From Lama guanicoe (Eukaryota), in NCBI GenBank assembly GCA_013239625.1, contig MU053504.1, positions 62,001 to 126,000 of the forward strand: a DNA stretch of 64,000 bases, read 5' to 3'. The first letter of the stretch is position 1; every line of letters starts with the position of its first letter. Under the pieces are notes generated by a model. It made no database searches. It was not told the DNA's origin and saw only the letters and a program-made list of their open reading frames with translations. A program made the position numbers and the translations under genes. Positions 26,513 to 37,978 of this stretch are shown here, piece after piece.

Positions 26513-26728
26513 CCGGATCGTGTCCACGAGGCTCTGCACCTTGGCCGGGTCCAGCACAGACGGCAGCGGCCGGATGATCACACTCAGCGGCACGTTGTGC
26601 ACCGCGGCGATGCAGCCAGAGTGGATGCTGCCGCCCTGCGCGCCGCCGCTTGGCCCGGGTCCCTCGGGCGCTCCCCGGCCCTCCCCGGCCCCGGCCCTGC
26701 CCAGCGCTCCTCCCGCGCGCAGCCCCAT
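26513..26728 (-). CDS. SRXN1: Sulfiredoxin-1, coding exon 1 ([72 protein letters not shown])
   Basis: Recognisable SRXN1 N-terminus; ATG in GCGATGG context; GTGAG donor at 26512-26508. Confidence 0.98.
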
Positions 26729-27008
26729 CGCGCCGTCACCGCCGCTGCCACCGCGGGACAGGCCGCCTCCCCGCGGACTTTAATCTCGGCCGGGCCGTAC
26801 CATTCCGCGCGAGCGGTGGGGGGCCCGGCAGAGCGCCTCTCTCCCCCCGCCCCGCATGGTCCGGCCCATTCCCGCGCGCCCCCGCTGGACTTCGGCTCCG
26901 CTCGCGCGGCGCTGAGCGACACGCCAGAGGCTCCGGTTCTCCGCCGGGGGGCGCCTCGCCGCCTCCCCTCCGCCGTGCGGTGTCCCGGGAGTGGAAGCGC
27001 CCGGGCGG

Positions 27009-27144
27009 GCTGACTCAGGGTGAGTCTGCAGGTTGTGGGACGGGAGGGGCTCGAGTGACGCACAGTCCGGGGTGACTCAGGCCCGCGGGAGGCGGGGACG
27101 CGAGGGGGAAAGGGCCGGAGCTGCTTAGTGAGGGTGAGTCGGCA
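27009..27144. promoter_or_regulatory. SRXN1: NRF2 ARE / AP-1 cluster of the SRXN1 promoter
   Basis: TGAGTCAGC (minus, 27009-27017), TGAGTCTGCA (27021-27030), TGACTCA (27073-27079), TGAGTCGGCA (27135-27144); SRXN1 is an established NRF2/AP-1 target. Confidence 0.85.
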
Positions 27145-28899
27145 AAACCTGCCCCGCTTGGCCGCCCGGACTTTGGAGCCTTAGAAGTAATAGCCATGGA
27201 GGTGATAGTACCAACAGTAATTATACGAATCTGACGAATCTGGTGCTGTGTCAGGCACTGTTCTAAACATTTTGCACGTACGTCAACTTATTTGAGCCTC
27301 AAAACAACCCTACGAGCTGGTGTGATGATTATTCCCATTTTACAGACGAGGAAACTGAGGCACAGTCAGGTTTAGGTAATTTGCCCAAGGTCATTGAGGT
27401 AGTAAGGTGCCTTAACCAGGGTCTGGTTCCAGAGCGCGCTCCCAACCCACCGCTGGTCTCCTTGGTTAAGCAAAAGTAACTGTCACAGGGAGCCTTCTGG
27501 GATCCTGCTGACTATGTGTAGGCACTGCCCTAAAGTTCTAGTCACTGTCTCGTTGCATCCTCACAGTCGCTGAAGTGCTTGTCCAAGGTAAGGCAGACGA
27601 TGAAAGTCAGGTTATCTGAGCTCAGAGTTCCAGGCCACTTAGCCACCGACACCTGTTTACAGATGTAGACACCGCAGCTGCAAAAGGTAGATGACTGAGG
27701 TCCAAACGTGCAGACCTCTGTCCTCACTCTCCTGTTTAAAGCCCTCTATCCCCTCTTGAGCCTAGGTTCAGCACCCAGTGTCCTCTGGGGCCAGAGGGAG
27801 GTAGGCAGAGGCTCTGGTTTAGATCCCAGGTGTTTATCAGCATCTATGGCAACATTAGGGATTTGGCACAGATTTGCCTGGGTTCACATCCCACCTGGCT
27901 ACTCCCTAGCTGTGTGGTCTCAGGCAAGTTGCTTAACCTCTCTGAGTCTTAACCTTTTCTTCTGTAAAATGGTTGTGGGGAGATTGAGAGGACACTCGGA
28001 GATAATGGCTGATAGAGGGAAAGTGGAGCGGGGGTGGGGGGTTATCAGTGCTTCCAATAGCGATACCCAAGGAAGACTACTGTTTCATCACGAACACCCA
28101 CAGTGCTGAAGGGGTGGGCGTTTGACTGAGAGAACCAGGAGAGGCTCCCTGGAGGGCAGGTATTCATATTGAAAAAATGGCTTGGTCCTGCAAGGGAAGA
28201 GGGAAGGCACAGGTGTTGGTTTAGGGTGTGGGCTCTGAAATCACTTAGATCGCATGGATTTAAATCCTGGTTCCACAGTTAACTAGCTGTGTGACCTCTG
28301 TTTGTGTGTGTATGTGTATGTGGTGGGGTACTCAACTTCTCTGTGCCTTGGTTTCTCCTCTCAATTGCCAGGGAGAGCAAATGAGAATAACACACACATA
28401 AAGTGTTGAGAAAGGTCCCTGGCACATAGAAAGTGCTGAATCTGAAGTAGGTGGGAGGCACATTCCAGCCACAGAGCAGCTTGAGCAAAAGCAGGTAGAT
28501 GACACAGCCCCAGACCTGGACGAAGGCAGGCACGTCTGCTGTGGTGGTTCTCCTTCTCACCCTGGTTGTCATGTGCACGGGGAACAGCTGGCAAGGCCTG
28601 GTGCTGCAGCCTAGTTTTCCTGTGTGGTTGGTGGGCAGACCCCATGGAGGGGGAGGACGGAGGGGGAAGAGGACCTGCCCAGTCAGCAGTTCCAATTATA
28701 TTGGCCCATCTGTCCCTAAACCAATGAGATGGAGACTTAAGCCTCGTGTTGGGACTGAGATGAGGTACCTTCCATTAAGCCTGGAACTGGAGGCTGGAGA
28801 AATTCTGGGGTTTACACAATTCCCTTTTGTTTCAGTTTAGATTCTCCCAGAAGTGGACCCTGAGACAAGGACGTGTGTGCAGGTACTTTATTTGAGAGA

Positions 28900-29435
28900 T
28901 GTTCTAGTTATTTATCCCTGTGACACAAACCACTCCAAAATTTAGTGATCTGAGACAACCATTTTATGATCCTCACAGATTCTGTGGGTCAAGAATTCAG
29001 ACAGAGCAGAGTGCAGACTGGTTGTCTCTTCTGTGTAGGGTCTGGGCCATCAGCTGGGAGGTAACTCAACAGCTGGGGGTGACTTGATGGCTGGGGCTGG
29101 AACCATCTGGTGACTTCACCTTCATGTCCATCCAGTGGACCATGCTGCCTGTCAGCCAGAACACCTCCACGTTGCCTCGGCTTCCTCATAGCATGGCGGC
29201 TGGCTTCCAAGAATGATTGTCCCGAGAGAACATGGCAGAAGCTTCATGGCCTTTTCCAGTCTAGTTTTGGAAGTCATACAGCATCATTTCTGTTGTGTTC
29301 GTTCTATTTGTGGGAGTGGTCACAAGCCCCCATAGTGACTAAGGGAAGGGACAGAGACTCCATCTCTTGACAGGAGTAGCAAGGTTCTAGAAGAGCGTGT
29401 TCCCACAAGGGAGATACTGTGACCATCTTTGGAAG
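28900..29435 (-). mobile_element. MLT1 solo LTR
   Basis: accactccaaaatttagtg...cacagattctgtgggtcaagaattcagacag...gaccatctttggaa. Confidence 0.7.
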
Positions 29436-30184
29436 GTCTCCTTTGCTGTAGGAGGTGATCCCAGGAAGGACTGGGGGCTCTGAGAGGAAGCATATTGCAT
29501 CAGAAATCATCCCTCTGAGGAATGGGGTTTGGGAGGGACTGCATATTTACCTTCTGATTCCTGTCCCTCACTGGTTGAAGGTGGCTTGAGGATGGTAAGT
29601 CTGCCATTTCTGGGCTGCTCTGTACTCAAACAGAGCAAACGTTTGAGGACCCGGCGGATGAAGCTGCCTGCTGCAGAGGTGGCCCAGGGGAATAAGGGGC
29701 AGGACATTAATAAATTCCTTTTCTGTCCAAAACAGCCAGAGTCTATGTTTGTTGTCTGCTGCCAAAGGCCCTAGTTACTTGCTCCCCTCATCCTGCTCCT
29801 GGGCCCCCTGCACCTCCCTTTCCCTTTTACTTTTGACAGAGAATCTTGTACATCACTCATTCAGGTATGCATAGGACTTTCCTGAGTATTTGGAGAGTGG
29901 AAAGGATTTCTGTGCCACAAAAGGAACATTAAATCTTATACTTCTCTGCCCCTAAAATGCTCTTGTCCATTTCTATGGCTTGCCCATTTCTCCTCTTTGT
30001 CTCCTCTACCAGCCACTAAGTTCCTGCTCCTATTTTATGCAGCAACTTTGCCTTTTTCTTCTGCACCTTTGGTACCTGCTGAGCATCTCCTTGGGGCTTT
30101 GAGGCACCTTCTCTCTTAAACTGTTTCTCCTCGTGGTCACAGGAAGACTGCCAGTGCCAGTGGGTCAGCCTCCTTCTCTGTTCA

Positions 30185-31017
30185 TGTCACTCAGCTCAGG
30201 CTGCTAAAACAAAATACCTTAGACTGGGTGCTTAAGCAACAAACATTTATTTCTCACAGTTCTACAGGCTGGAAGTCTGAGATTAAGGTACTGGCAAATT
30301 TGGTGTCTGGAGGGAGCCCACTTCTTCGTTCATAGATGCCCATCTTCTTACTGTGTCCTTACAGCAAGGGAAGGGGTGAGAGAGCTCTCTAGGATCTCTC
30401 TCTCTCTCTCTTTTTTTTTTTACATTTTTTATTGAGTTATAATCATTTTACAATGTTGTGTCAAATTCCAGTGTAGAGCACAATTTTTCAGTTATACATG
30501 AACATATATATATTCATTGTCACATTTTTTTCTCTGTGAACTACCATAAGATCTTGCATATATTTCCCTGTGCTATACAGTATAACCTTGTTTATCTATT
30601 CTACATTTCAGACTTTTCAACCAAGGAGCTGGAGAATTTTATATGTGGCCATCTCAGCACTGGCAACCAAATGTGGCCTCTGCTACCTTCTTTTCTGTCC
30701 AGGGTCCTTCTGTCTTGGCAGTCCTGGGTGCTTTGAGTGTGGGTTTCCTTCTCTAGGTCTTCTTCCTCTTCGTCTTCTTCTTTTCCTAACTGGGGAGAAT
30801 CAGGAAGGCAACAGTGAAGCCAAAGTAAAAAGGCCCAACAAAATAAAGTGACTCAGCCAGGGGATGGGATCTCTTCTTATAAGGGCTCTCCTATTCGTGA
30901 GAGCTCCACCCTCATGACCTAATCATCCCCCAAAGCCCTACCTCCAGAGACCATCACACTGGGAATTAGGCTTCAACAGATGAATTTTAGGGAGGCAAAA
31001 ACATTCAGTCTATAGCA
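30185..31017 (-). mobile_element. MLT1A-like LTR, interrupted at ~30400-30866
   Basis: ggctgctaaaacaaaataccttagactgggtg ... ctcttcttataaggg ... acattcagtctatagca; the two halves join seamlessly across the insertion. Confidence 0.8.
30400..30608 (-). mobile_element. Young (camelid-type) L1 3' end with poly(A)/(GA)n tail
   Basis: ttttattgagttataatcattttacaatgttgtgtcaaattccagtgtagagcacaatttttcagttatacatgaaca...ttccctgtgctatacag. Confidence 0.8.
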
Positions 31018-34000
31018 GTTCACATCCAGAAGAGAGAGAGAACCTCCCCCACAGTGAGATGGAATTAGAGCTTTTCTCCTCAGTCTGATTGGGCTAGCTT
31101 GAGTCACATGACTACCCAGGATTAATAACATTCTCCAGGAATATACCATGTGCTGAGCTGCTCAAGGATGGGTGCTGGAACCTGTCACTTACTGGGATGC
31201 CTGTGATTGGCTTGGAGGAGACCAATCAGCCACACCCCTGCGGTCAGCCTCCTTTGAGCCCCCTGGATGGGTTAAGTGATGGGTAGACGTCTGAATAGAT
31301 GTGAGCTTTGTTGACGAGGAGAGGGTGGATCAAAGACCTAGGTGTCAGTGGCACGTCCCTTCCGTCCACCTTTGATTTCAGTTGAAGTTGTGGTGAGACG
31401 TTTTGTGCAAACCTAGACCTAGCATCTAGCACTGCTGGCTTCTCAGCCCAAGCTTGCAAAGTCTTCCATATTTTCCACCCCTGTGGGAGCTTTACCCATA
31501 CACAGGCACATCCCAGAGGTGTTGGGGTGTTTGCTGATGGGGACAGGAGCTGGTAAGTAAAAGCCAGCCTTCCACTGTCACAGGTAGACAATTGTGAAAG
31601 GCACTCTAGGCCATTTGGACCTTCTCAAAGAATAGTAGTATCCCACCCTATTGCTACAGCAACGACCTCACTAACACACCATCTGTATCATTCTTCTTGC
31701 GCCCTCACTCCTTCCTGGGATCACTCCCCACATAAACTACCTGCGCTCAAGACTTTGCTACTGGGGAGCCAAAACTCAGGCAAAGGGGGAATTTCAAAGG
31801 TCATCCCCAATAGTTCTGCACCTTGTCTGGCTTAAAATTACACAGATCTTATTAGATGTATGACCTTGGGCCAGACCCCTGTCTGTGCCTCGGTTTCCTA
31901 ACCTCAAAATGGCCATCACAGTGGCTCCTAATTTGTAGAGTTGTTGGGAGAGTGAAAAGAGATGATGTAGGCAAAGTCCTTAGAACAGTGCCCAACACAT
32001 TGTAAGTGCTCAACAGACACGAGCTGTTTGATTACTTTTTAAATGAATAATAGATCTCGAAGGTCTCTCTCTGTTTGCACTTCCAGACTAGTTGCGATGT
32101 ATTAGCCAAGACTCTTGTTTGCAAGTAAAGAAAGCCAACGTGAATCAGCTTAATGAAAATGGAACACTTGGCTACTCCCTTGACTGTGGGGTGAACTGGG
32201 GCCTCAGGGAAACGTGGGCTCAGAGGTTTTTTTCTCTTTTACTTGGCAGAGCAATTACCTCCACATGACAAGAATGTGGCTGTCAGCAGGAATTATATTT
32301 GGCTTTTAGTAAGAGAAGCCCAACAAGAGAGGCTTAAAACACCCTAACGTGTTTCCTGTCATGAAATAGAATCTGGAAGTAGGAAGTCCAGGGCTGGGAC
32401 GGCTGCTCCACAGTCACTGGGAACACAAGCCCTTTTTGTCTGTCAACTCCACCATTTTAGAGTAGGGTGTTTATTCTCAGGGTCACCTCCTGGTTCAAGA
32501 CTGCCACTGAAGTGCTAGTCTGGAAGACAGTGGAGAGATGGAAAGGCCAAAAGATATGACCCCCTCCTTTTTAGGGTGCTGTCTCAGAAGTTCCATGTAA
32601 CACTTTCCCTTGCATGTCATTGACCAGAACTTGGTCACGTGGCTGCTAGGGCAGCTGGGATATGCCGTCTTCATTCAATGTGACAATGTGCTCAGCTAAC
32701 AACAGAGTTCTCTTACTAAGGAGGGACAGGATGGATTTTGATCAGTTGCTAGCAATTTGAGCCACAGCTTTCAAGTTACAGGTCTTATGACTCAGAGGGA
32801 GGAAATTCCTGGGTTCTAGTCAGATGCCCACATCTGAACCAATCATCTATGGCCATGAGAGGCAGAGACTTTTTTTTTAAGCATAAGCCACGATTATTGA
32901 TGATGAATTAAATGTATGTAGTTCATTTAAAAAAATTACTGGTCATCTGCTATTAGCTAGGTACTGCGCTAGACCTAGGAAATTTAATGATAAGCAAAAA
33001 AACCCCAACCCACTGTCAGTCCCTTCCTCATGAAGCTTATAATCTGGGAGAGACAGAGAAATAGCCAAATAATTGCACTGATTAATGGAAAAGTGTACAT
33101 TGATGGTAAATTGGTGGTAAGTGATGGGACAGAAGAAGGAACAGGAAGTGGTTCCTCCGTCGGGTATGGGAAGGTGAGTCTGCCGAGTTGCTCGATGGAG
33201 CAGCCAGAGAGATAAGAGGAGAGCCGGAGCTGCATCGTGGTGGTCTTCGTTTGAGAGGACTGTGATGGTATTTGCTAATTGAGGTGCTCTAGGCTGCAGG
33301 TAACAGAGATACGGGCCTTCCCCTCTCTCTGTTCTGCTACCTGGGCGGTGGGCTTCATGCCAGGGCTGGTCCCCTTGATGGTCATAAGATGACACACTTC
33401 TTGTTCATGTCTAGGGGAGAGATTTGGCTTCCTTTCTCTTAAGAGAGAAAAAGAAGCAAAGTTTCTCATATGCTTCCAGTGAACCTCTCCTTGAGTCTCA
33501 TTGGCCAAAGTCAGTCATATGCCCACTTCTCAGCCCACGGGGGATGGGATTACTCTTAGACTAGTCAAGAACCACCCCTTAAACTGACGTTCAGGCCCCA
33601 AATTGCATGGTTGCCAGTCAAGGAGTGAGAGGTGGGATGGATGACAGGACTATAGCTGGGCACCCAGCATCCATTCCCATCTCCCTCTAGGGTGCCTTCT
33701 GTATTGCACATTAGAGAGAAACTATTTCCTAGACTTCCTTGCAGCCAAGATACTGAAAGTGAATGAGGTTCTGCCAGTTAGATGCACTTCCATGGGATTT
33801 GGATGGCAGAGGTGGACAGGGACCATTTTCTTATTGCCTTCCCTCTTGCTACTTGCAAGATGGTCATGGAAATACTCAGTTTTTCTGTAACAGTGTTCAG
33901 CCACCAGCTAATGGGAGACAGGAGACAGGTACAGTGGCAGTGGCAGTGGCAGAGGCCTCCTGATCCCTGGGTCACACTTACAATGCTGTTTTCCTGAACT

Positions 34001-35343
34001 CAGTAGTTCCAGTGCAGCCTCTTGACACCCACCTGCCTGGGAGACAGGGCTCCCCCCATGGGCCAGTTCTGTGGCCATGTTCTGGAGGTCCAGCTGCAGG
34101 CTTACCCCTTTCAACAATTTTGTCGGCAGTCAGTCCCCAGTGTTAAATACTTTGTTTCAAACGGATCTAATACAGAGAATAGGATTTTATAAAATGCTGA
34201 TCTAAAGTGGGTTCTGTTCCCTGGACCTGAAACAAAGCTAACTGATGCAACAGCCAATCAGGAGCAGCGTGCAGCTGCAGAGAACTGGGTGTGGATGGCC
34301 AGGGAAGGTATCAGGTGTCTGCGGCATTCAAACTCCTTTTGGAAATTTCGTGAAGGATTTCTACACTGCTGTCATTGCTAGAGACACCTAGCACATAACT
34401 CAGGGTGCAGCCCCCCCTGTCCAGAGGTGTGTGAAAGGAAAGGTGGACAGGCATGGGGTGAGGGGCTAAAAGTTGAGTTCACTGCCTACAAACAGAGGAA
34501 ACCTGAAAGGTCGCCCTAGTGGAGATGGGGTTCCAGCTTACAGCCCTCTCCCCGGAGCCTGGCATCTTGCTCTCAAAGCACAAGGCACCCCTCCCCCCAC
34601 ACACAGCCTCAGCAAGTCTGTGCTGTGGCATGGTGCTGGTGGTGCCCAGAGAAGTTTATAGTCAGGCAGGGACAGATTTGTATTGAAAGATCACCAAGAC
34701 AGCTGGCAAAGAGGATGGACTGGTTGTCCACTGCCTTCCTAAACACTTGGTAACAGGTGCCTCACAAACTCTAGGGGCAGCTCACTGTTTGGGGACAACG
34801 TTGCCTGCTGAGCCAAAGTCAACCTTTGTGCAAGCACGTGCTTGCTGCATGTATGACCAGTAGGGCTAGCCAGAGACCCAGCCAGAGCAGCAGGGGATAA
34901 AGTGGGAAAAAATATGGGGGTTGTAAACTGGCTGTCGAGGGACAAATCTGGCCCACAGGTGTATCTTTTTGGCAGGTGTAGCTATTTTGAGTGGCAATTC
35001 TTCAAGGCAAGACACGCTCTTTCCTGTCAGTCACAGGCTCCACCATCCCTTAATGTCTTCGGGCACCTGCTTCATTCACCTGTGCTATTAATCTGGGTCT
35101 TTCAGCTTGCAACCCCAGTATCTGAGGACTATTTAGGACTGAGGATGCCTGGGACCTTATGGATGTCAAGGGACCCCTGGAGCTGTGTGAGTACTGGTGG
35201 TGGCTACAGGCTGGTCAGGCTACAGGGCGAAAATTGAGTAGCAAAAAATCTGATTGCCTCTCAGATGCTCCTCTGCCCCCACCCTGCCCCATCCCCATCC
35301 CAAGATCTAGACAAGAGAGACAATGGTGAGTGGCCAAAGTCCC

Positions 35344-35349
35344 TTTAAT
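35344..35349 (-). terminator. SCRT2: Probable SCRT2 polyadenylation signal ATTAAA
   Basis: ATTAAA on the minus strand ~1.9 kb after the stop, followed by a U/GU-rich tract (UUGUCUCUCUUGUCU) and preceded by a motif-dense UTR block. Confidence 0.65.
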
Positions 35350-36343
35350 ATCCCTGAATTGCGTTACAAGTAATACTGCTGGAGGTGAGGAAGGGAAGAG
35401 GGTCTGGGGTGGGAGATGGGGGAGGAGGAAGGAGGGGGGAGCGCCAAGCGCTCATACAAAATATGGCCAAAAGGCTTAGCATGCATGGAAAATTATTGCT
35501 GTCGGAAGTTCCTATTTACAGGGTCAACACCCTCCGTAATTGCTTCTGCAACCCCTCTCCCTCCCCGGGTCCCTGCTGCCTACCTTCCTGGGTGAGCCTG
35601 CGGCTGAGAAGCCCTAGAGAAGTGCTCCTGCTCCAGGGGCCCCTCCAGTCTCCACCCTCCTTTGTGGCTAAGGGGAGGAGAAGGGGAGGGTCGGAGAGTC
35701 CAGGACTCCTGCCCTCAGCTGGGCGCCTAGAGGTGGGGCAGACGCGTGTGCTTAAAGCAGAGGGGGCTGGGGCCGTGAGCGTGGAGGTGTGTGCTTCGGT
35801 CCTCGCCCGGGCATGCAAAAGCGCGGCGGGGGAGGTAGTGGCGGCCAATGTGGGGGCAGCTGGCAGCCCCGGCCCCTCTGCCCGGGAGAGTTGCATAGAC
35901 GTGTCCAGGAGGGAGCGCTCCTCCCTGGGGAGTGGAGTGGGCCAGAGGCCCCAGTGGGTCCGGGGCTCAGTCGGTCCCTGGAACCTGGGGTCTCTTGAGA
36001 AGAGGAATGAACAGGAAACATAGAGGAGGCTCCTCTTCGGTCTCCTTGGAGTGGGAATACAAGGCTCAGGAGGGCGGGGACCTGCCCCATGACTGGACCT
36101 CCTGATGTCCCCCTACCCCCCAGGTGAGGGTCAGCAGGCTATCCCGCCCATTCTCTTGCCCCCTTCCCCAGCAAGTTCAGGCTTTGATGAGGGTGGGGCT
36201 TCTCCCTCACTCTCCCTAATAGGGTGTGTTGTGGGGAGCGGGGGACAGCCCTCTATGGCCTTTGCTGTCCCTCTCCTTGCCTGGCTCCCTGACCTCCCAG
36301 TCCAGCTGGGGAAGCCAGACCATCCCTGGGTGAGGCCAAGAGA

Positions 36344-36392
36344 TTAAATAGAATAATAAATAAATAAATAAATAAATACACACATAAATAAA
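36344..36392 (-). promoter_or_regulatory. SCRT2: AU-rich element (overlapping AUUUA) in the SCRT2 3' UTR
   Basis: (TAAA)n on plus reads UAUUUAUUUAUUUAUUUAUUUAUU in the mRNA; extra UUAUUUAUU nonamer at 36453-36461. Confidence 0.65.
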
Positions 36393-37259
36393 CTGGAGAG
36401 GCCCAGCCGGATGGGGAGAAGGGCATTTGTGAGGTGCCCCAGACCTTCCCCCAATAAATAAGGAAGGTTACCTGTAGTCCTGGGGGTAGGGAAAGTGCTC
36501 AGAGAATCTAGGGGGAGGCTGGAAGCCCAGGGAGGGGCTGTCCTGGGGTGAGAGAGGGGCTGCGTTAGCAGGCAGGGCCTTGAACTGCCCCTCAAGTCTG
36601 CCCCAGGCCAGGTGAACTCAGAGGGGTGAGAGCTGCTAGTGGGATGAGGGGATCTGGAAAGAGTAGGCGGTGGGAGAGGTTGAGAAGGCCCCCGAGGACC
36701 GAAGAAGGGGGTGGTGGTGTGTGAGTGGCTAGACCTAAGGCCAGGGTAATTAGTGGACCAGGGACAGACTGGGAACTCCAAGAGGGGTGAAGATTAGATC
36801 CCTAAGGCCTGCGTCCTGGTGTGGATGGGGGAATCCATGGCAGGCATGAGAATCAAGGGTAGTTTTAGGCTTTAGATTGGGGGTTCCAGTAGTGAAACTG
36901 TCTTGAGTCTCAGCTGAGAAGTTAGAGGAAAGGTCTGCAAGTTAGAAAGGGAGAGGTGCAGGGTCTGGGCGGGAGAAAATTCCGGCTCTGCTGCCTGGGA
37001 GAGGTACAGACCTGGTGCCTGAGTTGGAAGCCTTGAGGGCGTGGACAGGGGTCAAGGTCCGAATCTTAGTAGCCGGAAAGGATGATGATGCAGGTCGGGA
37101 AGCACTGGGGAAAACAGTGCCAGAAGTGAGTCCTGGGCTTGGGAGTTGGAGAGAAAAGTTCTGGGCTAGGAGCCGGGTCCCCACGAGGGGCGCGGGTAAG
37201 GGAGCGCTGCTGAAGGATGCTGAGGGTGCAGGTGTGGGGCCCGGGGCGCGGCGGGAGGC

Positions 37260-37978
37260 TCAGCTGGCGTGGCCGGCGGGGGGCGGCGGGGGCGGCTCGG
37301 CCCCCTTGACGCAGGCGGCCTCGCAGTGCTTGTGGAGGTAGGACTTGAGCGCGAAACTCTTGTCGCACTGGCGGCAGCGGTAGTGCTTGAAGGCCGAGTG
37401 CGTCTGCATGTGCGCGCGCAGGTTGGAGCGGTCGGCGAAGGCCTTGCCGCAGTGCGCGCAGCCGAACGGCTTCTCGCCGGTGTGCGAGCGCATGTGGCCC
37501 TGCAGCAGCCAGGGCCGCGAGAAGGCCTTGCCGCACACGCCGCACTTGTGGCGCAGGTTGTGCGTGAGCACGTGCATGGCCAGAGCGGGCATGGACACGT
37601 ACGCCTTGCCGCACGTCGGGCACTTGCGCGCCAGCTGGCTGTCCAGGCTGCGGTGCGTCTGCTTGTGGCGGCTGAGGTTCGACGACGTGGCGTACGTCTT
37701 GCCGCACTCGGCGCATGCGTGCCGGTGCCCGCCGCCTGCCGGCGAGCGGCGCCGCCGCGAGCGCCCGTCCGAGATGAAGAAGGCGTCCATGGAGTAGCTG
37801 TCGGTCACGGCCGCCTCCCCGCGAAAGTAGCGCGCCGACAGGCTGGACTGCGGGCTCTCGGGGTCGCTGTACTCCTCCGGCGCCGCCGGCGGGTACGCGG
37901 GCTCGGCCGGCGCCAGCTCCAGGCCCGGCTTCTGGTCCGCATCGTAGCTGCTGGGGGGCAGGCAGTGCGGTGCGTAAC
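37260..37978 (-). CDS. SCRT2: Transcriptional repressor Scratch-2, coding exon 2 (Scratch domain VTDSYSMDAFFISDGRSRRRR plus five zinc fingers)
   Basis: CAG acceptor at 37981-37979; phase-1 join gives ...GDNGYAPHCLPPSSYDADQKP...; four C2H2 plus one C2HC fingers of Snail/Scratch type; TGA stop at 37260-37262. Confidence 0.97.

Larger units (their letters stand above)
26440..27180. promoter_or_regulatory. SRXN1: SRXN1 promoter CpG island
   Basis: CpG-dense region over exon 1 and upstream; GC boxes; TATA-like GATTAAAG on the minus strand near 26778-26785. Confidence 0.9.

Noticed and set aside
26610..26615. Extra Cys in the SRXN1 N-terminus (HSGCIAAV versus recalled human HSGRIAAV)
   Set aside because: As recalled, rodent Srxn1 also has Cys here, so it is not unusual
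26357..27075. Antisense and alternative ORFs over SRXN1 exon 1
   Set aside because: GC-rich shadow frames; one begins in a MIR
34619..34645. RE1-like CCAGCACCATGCCACAGCAC on the minus strand
   Set aside because: Lacks the critical GG of the right half-site and the spacing is off
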